DNA of 64,000 nucleotides from Squalus acanthias (lineage: Eukaryota): assembly GCA_030390025.1 (NCBI GenBank), contig CM059432.1:118546001-118610000 (forward strand), in the 5' to 3' direction. The position numbers and the translations under genes are program-made. Positions 47,318-60,379 of this stretch are shown piece after piece. Under the pieces are notes generated by a model that made no database searches, was not told the DNA's origin, and saw nothing but the letters and a program-made list of their open reading frames with translations. Positions within the stretch are counted from its first letter, which is position 1. Each line of letters opens with the position of its first letter.

Positions 47318-48559
47318 CGTCATCTCCAGTCTCGACTATTCCAATGCTCTCCTGGCCGGCCTCATAACCCACACCAGGGATCGCTCCCCCCATCACCCCT
47401 GTACGCACTGACCTACATTGGATTCCGGTCCACTAATGTCTCAAATTTAAAATTCCCATCCCTCTATGGCCTCTCGCCGCCCCATCTCTGAAAAACTCCT
47501 CCAGCTCTCCAACCCTCCAACTCTGGCCTGTTACGCATCCCACACTCCCTTCGCCTTACCATTGTCAGCCGTACCTTCAGCCATCTGGACCTTGAGCTCT
47601 GCAAGTCCCTCCCTAAACTTCTCCCCTTCTCCACCTCCCTGGTCGCTTTTCAGACCCTCCTTAAATCCTACCTCTTCGATAAAACTTTTAGTCACTCTTC
47701 CTAATATCTCCTTCTTTGGCTCAGTGTTCAATTTGTTTTTGATTACGCTTGTGTGAAGCATCTTGGGATGTTTTTCTATGTTAAAGGTGCTATATAAATG
47801 CAAATTGTTCTTGTTGAGTATAACCAGACTGTTTGTCCACAGGGAAACCATAGCCAAGCTCAATCTTGTCCTCATTTGATAATTATATTTGAAACCTTCC
47901 AGCAAGGTTTTCAGACTAACATTCAAAAGTGGAATCTCTTGCTGCTGAGTTAACAGCAGTGTCACAATGAGGTTTAGACCCCTGATGTAATAAACAAATG
48001 GTGGACTAATTTGCTGTATTCCTGCCGGTGGCCACATTAGATGCTTGCAGCATATGCTCGACCAGGATTGAGCAATCCAATTTCTAAGCCCATCTATTTT
48101 CTTTAGGTTCCACCTCACTAGCTTCTGGGATGGGACTACTCTGTGATTTCTGTCTAAGGTTAGTTGAAGAGTGGTGCAACCATGGTCTGAGATAGTTAAT
48201 GGACTGCTGGCGAAGATCCCACCAGTGTGATTGCTTCAGTTGTTAGCATATTCCCATTTCACCTTTGAAAGCAGGATTATGACTCCAGCCCAAACAGATG
48301 GGATGCTGGTATCCTTCTCTACTAGTTAGAAGAGCCCTCTGTGAAATGATATTGCACTTAACTAATTTCGCCATGAATGCCAATCAACAATACAGAACTA
48401 CTCAAAATTTAACTCAAATTGGTATTCAATTGGCAATCTTGTTCAAAGACACAGGTGACCATATTTTCCTGTTTGGGAAAAACAAGAGAAATAGGCATTT
48501 TTCATCTGAATTTATGGTGAGCTCATAAAATTGGGGAATATGCAGTTTAGAAACATTTG

Positions 48560-49236
48560 GGGGTAAAAATGGAGTTCGGGGCGCTACCTTCGCCGGGGTG
48601 CTAATTTTAGCGCCCCGAAAATGTTAGTGCCCCCGCAGCTGATTTTCCCAGGTAACGCTCCGAGAGGGAGGAGGGGCGCTACTGGAAACACCCCGCGCCC
48701 CTCTTGGGGCGCTGCGGCACGTACTGCAGGCCTTCCTCCCCTTATTAAAGGGGAGGGGCCTGGGGCAGCGCGTCCCGGCGCCCAGCTGGGCTACCAGGAA
48801 TCGGGAGTGCCAGCAAACAAGCCCAGCACTCGAGAGGGGGGGGGGGGGGGCTTCACGGGGACTGGGGACAGCAACGGAGGCAGGGGCTGGCAGGCGGCCA
48901 GCAACAAAAATGGCCGTCCGCCACCTCCCCTTTAACTAGTGCTGCCCCGGCTGCAGGTAGGCCCCCCTGACCCCGTTGGACATAGCATCCGGCGGTAAGT
49001 CGGGGGGCGCCCCCCAATATTACAGCTGGGGCGCGAGCGGGGTGCGAGTGGGGCGATGATGTCGTCACCGGCGGCGCAGCGCCACGCAGCGCTAACCGTT
49101 AGCGCCGCTGCTAACCTCCCGCTGAATTTCGCGGGAGGCGTTAGTGCCGTTGCGTCCAGGTGCTAGATGATTTGCGCCCCGTTAGCACCCTCTTAGGGCG
49201 CTAACGGGATGCGCAAATCAACCGAATTTAGCCCCC
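48560..49236 (+). mobile_element. Harbinger-type MITE, family A
   Basis: Termini GGGGTAAAAATGG / CCGAATTTAGCCCCC; TSD TTG/TTG. Confidence 0.88.
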
Positions 49237-49631
49237 TTGATTCCTAAGAATGTGACTTTATTAGTGGTAATGAAAAGAAAGCTACCAATCATAACACACT
49301 TGTAAAAATGGACCCTTAACACTGCTCAAGAAGCTAACGGGTCACTCAAGTAGCATAAATGTTGAATAGTTTATTACTTCAGGTGTGGAATGCGCAATTT
49401 TTGTGAAAAATGGATCAACATCAAATTAGAAAAGGCAATTTTACCTGTTAGGCCCTGGAGGCACTGGTCATTGCTGTAATGGAGTGATGCATCAATCTCT
49501 GGAGGAGCTGTCAAGCAAATGATCTGTTTCCAGCTCTGGTGAGTGATCTTATATAAATGCAAGTTGAGGATGTTGTTTCTTGAAGTACAGCAGGACAAGG
49601 GTACCATCAAGCAATATTGAAGTCACACTTA

Positions 49632-52600
49632 AAGGTTAGAAATTCAATAACATTTTGCCCAGTTTTTGGGCGGTAAATTCGCATTCAACAAACTAATTTT
49701 GTGGTAGGACGTCTCCCAAGGGAACTGCACAAGAAATGCGACGCCTGCCATACTGGTTAAGACACTCCTTAGGCGTCCCTGGCGGCAGCCTGAAATGAAC
49801 ACTTAGCTCATTAGATATTTAAATAGGGTCCTGTGCTTGTATTAGGACCCCTTTGGGAAATTGGTGCCTGAGAATGTTTGATTTGATCATTCTTAAGCCC
49901 GCCCAACAAACATGGCAAGAACACTCAGGAAGCAAGCTTCAGCGGCGGTAATTAAAGAGATCCTCAGCTCCATTAAGCTAAGTCTCTGGATAGTCCTTTT
50001 AGGCTAGTAGCAGGCGTTTTGTAGCTGTTTTGGCTAAGTTAGGGAATCTCTTGATACTACATAGCTGTTGGAGAGCTGACTATTGGTTACAGCTGCACTG
50101 TTGTACTTCGATTGGCTGCAGTGGCACTGGGAAAAATTGGGATGTTGCCGGGAGTTCCATCGAGGCTGCCACACCAGAAGGAACAGCAGCAGCAGCAATA
50201 CGACAGCACAGGTCCACAAAGCTTCAAAGAAGAGGGCAAAGGAGGGAAGGGCACAGGAGACCTTACGGGATGTGTGTCTTCTGGACCAGGATGTGTGTCT
50301 TCCGGAACAGAATGTCATATCTACACAAGACAGTAGAGCAGTGTACGAGGAGACAGCAGGAATTGGAGCTAAACACTAGGGCACACTGAAGGTTACAGTG
50401 GTCCACAAGTTCTACACCACAGGTTCATTGTAGGCTGCAACAGGTGACATCAGCAACATCAGTCAGTTTGCTGTCCATATGGGCGTCAGGCAGGTGACAG
50501 GTACCCTCTTTTCAAGGAGACAGCAATACATCACCTTCCCCATAGAGGCTGCCGATTAGGATGAGAGAGCTCTCGGATTTGCTCACAGCGCTGTATTTCC
50601 CCAGGTGCAGGACATAATTGACTGCACACACAGTGTTCTGCCTCTCCTCTTCCAGAATCAGCCATGTTTTATAACAGGAAGGGGTTTCACTTCCTGAACT
50701 TGCGGCTGGTCTGAGACCACAGTCAGTTGATAATGTTGGTCTGTGCCTGGTTTCTGGCACCAGTCATGAGGCGTTCATACTGCGCCAGTTTTCAATCACC
50801 ATCCCTGCCCCCACCCCACCCCCCACCCCCGTCTTCCACCCAGACCACTGGATGTCAGATTTGTTCCTCGGAGACAGGAGGTATTTCCTCTACACCTGAC
50901 TCATGACTCTTGACAGGAACCCGGGCACAGACGCGAAGTGCCGATACAATGTTAGCCACACAAGAACATGATCTCTCATTGTGCAAACTATAGGTGTCCT
51001 CAAACAAATGTTCTGATGTCTGAACCGCTCTGAGGGAGTCCCACAGTCCTAACCTTCTCTGGAGGAGCCTCCAGATTTGTTGTGCTTTGCTGTACAATTA
51101 TGCCATCTAGAGTGGCCAAGCCTTGGAGCTGCGACAGGAGGAACAAGTGGAGGAGGAAGATGTAGAAGGGGAAAGGAAGCTGAGGGTAATGAGGAAGACC
51201 AAGGCTGAGCAGTGCTGCCAGAGCTGTAAAGCAAACCTATTATCAGAGAGGGATTCTCTTGAGCAATCCCTCCCCTCCTCAGAACACCAACAGACCCAGC
51301 TAAGATTTGACCCACTCTTCCCACCTACCTTCGGAATGCCTCAAACACTATTACATAATGGTTGTTCCTGTTACATAACTAAGAATATGAAGACCAACAT
51401 CAATGCAAAAAAAAAATATTCTTTACTTCACATCTTCTACAAGCTGGAATTAACAAATATTATTTCACTCAATGGTGAACTGAAATCATCCTAGTGTAAT
51501 CCCTTAGAGTCTGGCCTCTGTGCTTATTCATGTATTCTAATGCTCCTACGAGGTGGTTCTTCTGTCGCAGGAACCTGGGAGGTGGAAGGCTGCTGATCGA
51601 GCGTTGAGGGCACTTGAGATGGCCCTGGTGGGAGACCTCAAATAGCTTTGGTCCTTTAGTGCCAGCTACAGACTGCTGTGTCTCAGCAGTGGCGGGGAGT
51701 CTGGTCCAGCTGGCTCCGTGGAACTACCAAGGGCACTGGGTCAGAGGCTGGCGGGCAAGCAGGCTTGTTGTCATCCTGAGAGAGGACACCATGGAGCCAA
51801 TGGCACTGTCATGAAGCTGCACCTTTACACTCCCACTGCTCTGTGTGGAACAGAGTGAAGGAGTGTAGTGGTTCTCTGGAAGCCCCTATCCATGTTCCGC
51901 ACACTCCTATCTATGCTCTTCTTCATGGATTGAAAGCCTGAAGAGATTCTAGACCCCAAAACCACAATGGCAGTTGACTGAGCTCCCAGAGAAACTGTCG
52001 GAGCTGTCACCAGAGGTATCATCATTGTGGGTCCCACTGGAATATTCATAGAGCTGACCACACACTCCAAAGTTGACTTCATGGTCCCAATGCAGTGCTC
52101 GATGACCCCACACAAGTTAAAGCTGGTCTCCTCCATGCTCTCTGCCATTGTGATTTGCTCACTGGCAGGCTGCCCAGTGCAGTTAGAAGGTTCTGGCATA
52201 TAACGAACAGTCTTTTTCTGTAGCCTGTGCCCTCAATGTCTTCATGTGCGCCCTCTGCAGCAGAGTTCGGGGGTGAGCTCTCCCTCCGGCAAGCTGCTTC
52301 CTATCCCCTTGCCCATGCTCCTGCGCATTAGTGCTCAGTCAGTCGGCCAGTGCAGACCCATCTAACCTATCCTGTAAAGAACACATGGTGCCGGTCTCTG
52401 AGCTGGTGCTTGCTAGGGAAAGGTCAAGTGATGCTGTCTCATTAGTGCTGCCCTCTTCCAGCTCCTCATCCTCTGGGGGCTCCATATTTGCTTCACCTGA
52501 AAGGGATGAGAGGGACAAAGATTAACGTTTAGTGTCAAGGATAAGCAGAGACAGGTAGTGGCTGCTGAAAGCAGCTGCATTTTTTCATGCATAGTGTGTG

Positions 52601-53160
52601 AGGGTGAGATTTCAGTGAGAAGGGAAAGAGTGTATGATAGGCAAGGTCCCTGCAGGACACATCCTCTAGCCTCACTACTCACCATGACCCTGACGCAATC
52701 CATCCTCACAATCTCCATGACGTCCTCCTCGACTGGGGAAAAGGACATTCATGGTCGTTCTCCCTCCTCCTGTCCTCACCTGTTCCCTTTTTTTAGTTGA
52801 GAGCTTGTCCTGCAAGAAAGGAGGGAGAGTGTTATTGGTAGCATAATGAGATGCTTTGAGAATGTGCATGTCAAGGTCGAATAGTGGTGCTGGAGTGTGA
52901 AGAGTGGCAAGTGTGGGAGGGGGTGAAGGAAGTAATAGTGAGGAGAGTAGGAGGTGTAGAATGATGCAGCAGGAGCAGATGGAAGTGGAGTAGTGCGCTG
53001 TGGTGATCAGAGGAGAGTGCTGGTAATCAGTGGAGGGAAGGGCTGGGAGTTTTGGGGCCAGAGGTCATACAAGGTTAAACAGAGAGTAATGCAAAACCTG
53101 TGTACTGTGCAGATCTGGGGGTTGCATCACTGGAGTACTTCCTCTCCTCTCCCCACAGGA
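49632..53160. mobile_element. Defective Harbinger transposon (transposase + ~50250-51120; Myb/SANT exons - ~51560-53150)
   Basis: + strand KFYTTGSL..ATGDISNISQFAVH, FPQVQDIIDCTH, NRKGF and FSGTSHEAFILRQ. - strand LQ|DKLSTKKREQVRTGGG and PVEEDVMEIV. Left terminus AGGTTAGAAATTC. Confidence 0.8.
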
Positions 53161-54065
53161 AGAAAAGCACTATTTCAAATAGGCCCCAGACAGAGTCCTC
53201 ACCCAGGATAGTGGAGATTTTTCATTGGTTCAAATCAACAGTGGTGAAGGAATATGCTGAGCACTGTCTTGTAACTGGAGTGAATATTAAGCATTCATAC
53301 CAGAACAGCACTGACCATAACTTCTACCCTCATATTACATAGCCTGACAGTTCAATGTCAGGAGTAGAAGTCTGATAAATTGTTGTTTTAGCTCAGTGCT
53401 CTCTAGTGTATTCATAGAGCAAGACAGGTCAGCAGAGAGGATTATGACATTTAACATCAATTGAAATGTACACCCTGTGCTAAATATAAAAGGCTAATAA
53501 TGGATCATATAGAGTTGTACAAAGATAGCAAGTCCCATTGAATGACTACTCCATACATTGCTGCAGCACTCTTCATTTACAGAGAGACATCTCAGAGCAC
53601 TTTAAATGGCCAAAGATGTCTGTAACTCTGATGAATCCACTCAGCTTTGCTTTATTTGTTGCAATTACAGGATTTTAGCCACTCCTTCCTTCAATTTATT
53701 TATATTTTCTTTTGACATTCAGTTTTCAAAGCCTATGTAGATCTGCATAAATTACATCAGTTTCTCCTCATTTTTTTTTCCTAAGCATTTGCATGGTGTG
53801 ACCTCAATTTAAATTCTGCTGGGTTATAGTCACTTGCCCATTTTTCCTCATTTAGTTTTTCAGTCAGCTAATTAGATATATCTTTGTTGAGGCTACCTGT
53901 CAATTGGAACAGTATGATTATCGTTGCAGCGAACTTGAAGTCTACTCAAGCATCCCCATAGACTTTAACCTCTGGGTGCCAGTTGGCCACATTTTAAAAT
54001 CTCCTCCCACTAGCACTCAGAGAAACTCGGAAAATTCAGAGACCCCGGGTTTGCTTAAAAACTCA

Positions 54066-54532
54066 GACCCAGAAATTCCACCGGTGCCCCTCAGTCAGCG
54101 CAAATGAGGCAGAGCGGAAACCCCGTCTGCCCCAGCCCTAAGCTATTCACCCCATCCCAGATTACGGGAACAGGGCTATTTGCATGATCGCTGCAGGCCA
54201 CCAGTGCTGGCAAGGTCGCATCAGTGGCATCCACCCTGATTCAGCCTTGTAAGACAGAGCCGGCCCACAGTGGCTCCATCTAAGATCGAACGAGGCCCAT
54301 CAGGACTGAAGGAAAAGAAATCTTTAGCTCTGAAGGGAGCCATTCTGCCTTTTCTGAAAAGATTTTACTCTTTTGAAAGGCATTAATTGGTGAGAGACCC
54401 ACAGAAGCCTTTATAAGACATACTCGGCAGGATTCACCCAGACATATCCCCTTGGGTTGAGGGGGTGGTGGAGGAGGTGGTGGAACGAGTCTAGAATACC
54501 CACCCACCACCTCCCGATGGAAAATGGCTCCC
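54066..54532. mobile_element. Degenerate Harbinger-type MITE
   Basis: Imperfect termini GACCCAGAAATTCCACCGG / CCGATGGAAAATGGCTCCC. Confidence 0.4.
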
Positions 54533-56892
54533 TAGAAAATAAGATTGAATCATATAGGATTTACAGGCAGATGTTGGGATGGCTAACGAAAGGGTTGCAT
54601 TCTCGTAGACAGAAGGCCATTATTAATGATAGTGGGTCGGCATGGAGACTGGTTACTAGTAGAGTCTCACAGGGATCAGGGCCATTGCACATCATCAGTT
54701 ATCAATGATCTGGGCGAAAGATCTGGGTGAAAGCATCGGCGAACTTTCTGCAAGTTCGCCGATGATACAAAGATAGGTGCAGGTGTTAGGACCTTAGATG
54801 AGAAAAATAGATTAAAGCCAGATTTAGATGCAATGGTGGAAATAGGCCCATGACTGGCAGATGTCACTTTACATAGATATTTCTAATTAATACGATAGCA
54901 AAATTTTTCTAATTAATTTCTAATTAATGTTATGCATGTACGTAGGGCCAACACCAAGCACGTGTTGCGCACTCTAAAGTTGCTGCAAAGAAGACACGTT
55001 ACAGTACATGATTCTCTGAAAGTTCATGACCAGTGCCACAAGGCTGTTGCAAAAGTAAACAGAGGCCTAGAAATTCAAAGTGTTTGCACTGGCCGCTAAG
55101 GCCTGTTTTTGGGGAAAAAATTGGCGACCCTCTCACTTCCGCCCGATGTTGCCGGGTCCTGCGGAGACGGCCATTTTCAGCAGGTCGGCGACTGCTGCCG
55201 TTGCCTGCGCTCGGCAAAAGTATTGTAATTAGTCGGAGTGTGATGACAATCAGCGTGCACTGCCGAGTTGACACCCGCTCATCCATTTGAGATCGCTGCT
55301 CCTCTTGCCGCCCTCTCCAAAGTACCCCCGTGTGTGTAGCCGCTGACAGCGCTTCACCAGCGTAAACAGCAATTCCACAAGGACGCTTCAAGTGACAAAT
55401 GTAAGACAGCCAGAAAGTAAAGATAGAATTATCTCCACGTAGCTAATGTACTGTTTATATTAATCGCAAGCCTAGGTCTCGATAGCTAACCCTTGAGATT
55501 TGTAGGTAAAGTGTAATTTTTTTTCGGTGTTTTGCTTATTTGAAACCGTCCAGTCTGAGATTGTAATACTGAATGTGTAACAAATGGGAAGATGCAGAAT
55601 ATTGCAAGTGATTACTACTGAGTGACTATAAGAGTAAGCTTGATGTTTGGATTAGGAATCACCTATGATATTCAGTGTTTTGATCTCTGAAATCTGAAGT
55701 GTGAATTCAAATTCTTTAAGTTATCAGTTATCCGTACACTCCTCACCATGGAATAGTAAAAAGCCCTCAGTTGTCAGAGCCTCCGAAGCCAGTGACTAAA
55801 GTGACCTCAGCATATTAATGAAATTATGTCTACAGTATAGTGGTTTCAAAAACTACAAAATGCTGGATTTGATTGTTCCTGTGCTATATATTTTTCTTCC
55901 TGCTTCATGAAAATGTAAACAAGCATTTAAAATAAAGAACTTTGCTTAGTCCCTATTCCTTTAGAATAAGATGTGTGGGTAAAGTGATAGGGGAGAGTCC
56001 TTAAAAGTATTAAATGGACCAACTTGGCGCAATGTAAAAAAAAAATGAACAGTGTTCCCTTTCAGCTATGGCGTCCGCAGGGAACGGTTTCTCTTTAAAC
56101 ATCACGGAATGTTGCATGCCTTCTTTAGCGCAATGAGAGGTACAGACTTCAGTACAAACAAGATAATTAATTTGCCCTGTTTTACACTCCTTCGATCCCA
56201 TAAAACTCAAAGTACAATCAAACTAGACTTCCCCGGCGCAGTCAACAGACTCCCCACAAATGCATAAACAAGTTGCCGAACCCTTTTTCCATCTGTAGAA
56301 ATGTTGTGAGCCGGAGCCTGAGCTGATTTAAAAGATGACTTCCATAGATGGGTTCCGGAGCTTTGCTTGTGTCCCTTTAATGCACTTTAAACAACAGCTT
56401 TCTCCACAAAAGCACAGTGCAATGCTATAACATTGATTGGTGCACGGGTAGCAGGTAAATTGTTGTAATAAATACGGCAATAAATATGGTTCAATACATG
56501 GCCTAGTGACTTATTTCTTCCTCAATCTCCTGAAATGCAAGCGGGACACAGACGCAACCTTCGGCCTCCTGCTGAGCTTAGCACCGGAAACAGCGCATTA
56601 CACCACAAATTCTCCGCACCACTAATGTAAATTAGCAGGCAGCACCAAAATACCCGTGTTACCTGCGCTCTCTCTGCAGGCGGCCCACAGCCTTGGCCGG
56701 CGCTGTTACCGGCAGGTTTCCGGCCTACAGGAATTTCTACACCAGTGAAAACAAAACAAAACTGTACTGTCTTTGTACAAGGCCTTGGTTAGGCCTTATT
56801 TAGAATACTGTGTCCAGTTTTTGTGCCCTCACATGATTGGTGATAGAGAGGCCCTGGAGGAAGTTCAGAGAAGGGCCATTAGATTGATACAT
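54533..56892 (+). mobile_element. Old CR1 RT fragment split by a 1.7-kb insertion
   Basis: VTSRVSQGS and KFADDTK before 55064; LYKALVRPYLEYCVQF after 56743. Confidence 0.7.
55064..56743. mobile_element. Non-autonomous TIR element (Harbinger-type)
   Basis: TIR GGCCTAGAAATTC / GAATTTCTACACC; flanks AGA/AGT; interrupts a LINE. Confidence 0.65.
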
Positions 56893-57029
56893 CAATCATT
56901 GAGATGTTTTGGCATTATAAGGAACTATCTAAATGCAAGTATTATTATTTTTAGATGCCATTAGGATGCTAGATTAGTTTGTTCTTCATGGGTGGCCTGT
57001 ACTTGCTGAGAGCCTGTATGATCCATGGG

Positions 57030-57692
57030 ATTAGCAAGGCCATAAAAAAAGCAAACCAAGCACTAGGGTTTATTTCTAGAAGTATAGAATTGAAAAGTAG
57101 GGAAGTTATGCTAAACCTGTATCGAGCCTTGGTTAGACCACACTTAGAATACGGCATGCAGTTCTAGTCGCCATATTATAAAAAGGATAGAGAGGCACTG
57201 GAGAGGGTGCAGAGAAGATTTACAAGGATGATACCAAAAATTTGAGGGTATACATTTCAGGAACGGATGAACAGGCTGGGTCTCTTTTCTCTTGAAAAAA
57301 GAAGGCTGAGGGGTGACCTAATAGAGGTCTTTAAAATTATGAAAGGTTTTGATAGAGTGGATACAGAGAGAATGTTTCCACTTGTGGGGAAGAGCATAAC
57401 TAGAGGCCTTCAATATAAGATAGTCACCAAGAAATCCAAAAGGGAATTCGGAAGAAACTTCTTTACCCAAAGAGTGGTGAGAATGTGGAACTCACTACCA
57501 CAGGGAGTGGTTGAAGTGAATAGTATAGATGCATTTAAGGGGAGGCTGGAGAAGCATATGAGGGAGAAGGAAATAGAGGGTTATGCTGATAGATTTAGAT
57601 GAGGAAAGACGGGAGGAGGCTCAAGTGGAGCATAAACAGCAGGCATGGACTGGTTGGGCCGAACGGCCTGTTCCTGTGCCATATATCCTGTG
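57030..57692 (+). mobile_element. CR1-like LINE 3' fragment
   Basis: [45 protein letters not shown], plus 3' UTR stem (gggccgaacggcct). Confidence 0.9.
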
Positions 57693-58198
57693 TAATTATT
57701 GAGCCAATACCGGCATTCCAGATTACGGCCAATTTATTTCATTACTCATGCACAGCATATGTTGCAATTCACTGCTGTAGGTTTAGTAAAATAATCCTTT
57801 TATCTGTGTAGGATTTTATCTTCTGCTTATCAATATTTAATTATCACTCATTCTCAGACTGATAACCTGCTGCATTTACAGCATAAATCATTTGTTTATT
57901 TTGATAACTGGTTTGTTGCACACACAGAAATATTGGTAATTTAGCCTCGGTGCTTCGACAAATATGCTTATGTTTTCATAAGAGCATCAAGAAAAAGCAA
58001 TCTACAACTTTTTATTTTCATGGGGATTTAAATTTTCCAAATTGAGGACGAAAATAAAAATCATCTGGAATATTCCTTTAAATGACAAAAAATGACAAAT
58101 ATTTAAATAAATGGTAATTTTTCCAATCCAACTCCAATTAGAGCATTTTAAAAATGTAGTAGATCGGTGGTATTGCTAACAATGATTTGGACGATGTA

Positions 58199-58377
58199 GG
58201 CCCTGAATTTTGTATGGGCCTCTCCCAATTTCCTGAACTAACTTCGATGGGAGATCGGTAGAATTGCAAGAGAAATGAGTTAAATGGCTAAAAACAGACA
58301 TTTCTCCAGAGTTTCTGCCAATCTATCGCTAAAGTTACGGCAGGAGTTTGCGAGAACCCCTACGGGAATTCAGATCC
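58199..58377. repeat. ~180-bp imperfect foldback element
   Basis: Termini GGCCCTGAATT / AATTCAGATCC; internal arms (taacttcgat/atcgctaaagtta, gagaaatg/catttctc). Confidence 0.55.
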
Positions 58378-59225
58378 ATGTTTTCTAAAGGCAGGGCAGT
58401 GATGGCACTAAAATGCAGAAAGTGTTATCGGAGAATGTATTTGATCTCCACAACACTGTTGATTGAAAAAAATAAGTAACCTGGAAATTGCTATTGGCGT
58501 TAACCCCAGGGTCTGCACTATTGAAGTGCTACTGATCAGTAATTTAGTGAGTGTTGTTTAGCCCTCACTTGCCACTTATTTCCAAATGCCATAATATTGC
58601 TTTGGACCAAAAGTTGGTTCTGAGCACCACGGCACAGAGCATGTGTATCGCAGCCTTTAACACGGTTATTTCTGGTATAATAGGTTAAGAACACAGTGCA
58701 GCACGGAATAGATAATCAGCACTCCAAACACAGAGATTCACACAACAGGGGCACAGCTGGGGGATTTGAGTTCGGAAGCATGCTGAACTGTGGGGAGCAC
58801 CAGTTCAGAAAATCTACTCCCATCATAGATTTGTAACATGCCACACATGCAATGTACAGCGAGCCCTCATGTTGAATTGGAGCTATTATAGAGATTGAAA
58901 TCTGCAGCCTGATACAATTTATGAAAAGATGAACTCCTGGCTATTTCAGATGGAACTTCTGTTCTTTTTGTGCATTGTCAGGTAGACGCCCCAAACCAGT
59001 GTAAAATATTGCCCTAATGAGCATTGCATTCATAGAATCATAGAAGTTTAAAGCACAGAAGAAGGAGGTCATTTAGCCCATTATGTCTGTCCTAGCTCAT
59101 TGTTAGAGCAATCCAAATCTAATCCCACCACTCCACTCTCATCCCCCTGGCATTGTATCACCTTCTGCTGCAAAAGTTTATACAATTTTCCCTTAAAATA
59201 TTTAATGGTCATCAATTAGTGCCTT

Positions 59226-59462
59226 TTTTTATTTATTAATTCAAGGGATGTGGGTGTCGCTGGCAAGGCCAGCATTTATTGCCCATCCCTAATTGCCCTT
59301 AAGAAGGTGGTGGTGAGCCGCCTTCTTGAACCGCTGCAGTCCTTGTGGTGAAGATACTCCCACAGTGCTGTTAGGGAGGAAATTCCAGGATTTTGACCCA
59401 GCAATGATGAAGGAATGGCGATATACTTCCAAATCAGGATGGTGTGTAACTTGGAGGGGAAC
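59226..59462 (-). mobile_element. 3' end of the CR1/L2-group LINE seen at 24025
   Basis: Near-identical to 24030-24262. Confidence 0.85.
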
Positions 59463-59606
59463 TATACTGCTATATCAGTCCTTTTGTATTGCTGGCTTTG
59501 CAGCTCATTCTTCATTGTCTTTTTCACATTTTTTATTTTACTCTGGCTTTCTCATCCTGGTCACTGACCTGCATGGTGAGGCTGAGAGTCATAATATAGA
59601 GTCATA

Positions 59607-60379
59607 GGGGTAAAAATTCAGTCGCGCCCCATTTGGGGTGCTAACCTCGCCGGGGCGCGACTTTTAGCGCCCCGAAAAAATTAGCGGCCCCGCGCCGGAA
59701 CTTCAGTGGTTGCGCCCCAAGAGGGAAGCGGGGCGCCACTGGAAGCACCCCGCATCCCTCTTGGGGCGCTGCGAGTCAATATCATGGCGCTACGTGCTGC
59801 AGCGCCAGGCGCTGCGGCACGTCGCGCCGCAGTATTGCAGGCCTTCCTCCCCTTCTTAAAGGGGAGGGACCCTGCGCAGCGCGAACCGGGGCCCAGCTGG
59901 GCCCCCAGGGATCGGGAGTGCCGGCAAAAGAGCCCGGCACTCAAGAGAAGTGCCGGGCTCTTGGAGCGCAGCCGGCACTTCACGGTGGGGGGGCTTCACG
60001 GGGGCCGGGGACAGCAACGGGGGCAGGTGCTGGCAGGCGGCCAGCAACAAAAATGGCCGCCTGCCACCTCCCCTTTAAATATCGCCGCCCCGGCCGCACG
60101 TACGCCCCCCTGAACCCGTCGGACATAGCGTCTGGCGGTAAATCAGGGGGCGCGACTGAAGATCGCGGCTGGAGCGCGAGCGGGGTGCTGCGCATGGCGA
60201 TGACGTCATCGCCGGCGGCGCAGCGCCACAGGGCGCTACCGGCTGGCGCCGCCGCTAACCTCCCGCTGAATTTTACGGGAGGCGTGGGCGGCGCTGCGCC
60301 CGGGCGTTAGCTGCTTTACGCCCCATTAGCGCCCTCTTAAGGCGCTAACGGGAGGCGCAAGCAGCTGAATTTTTCCCCC
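59607..60379 (+). mobile_element. Harbinger-type MITE, family A
   Basis: TIR GGGGTAAAAATTCAG / CTGAATTTTTCCCCC; TSD ATA/ATA; sits in the LINE tail repeat. Confidence 0.92.

Larger units (their letters stand above)
44440..47817 (+). mobile_element. Degenerate L2-like LINE with several nested insertions
   Basis: PTSCSIDPIPTKLL, FEPLQYGF..HSTE-like and LLVLLDLSAAFD motifs; L2 tail ggtgctatataaatgcaa. Confidence 0.8.
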
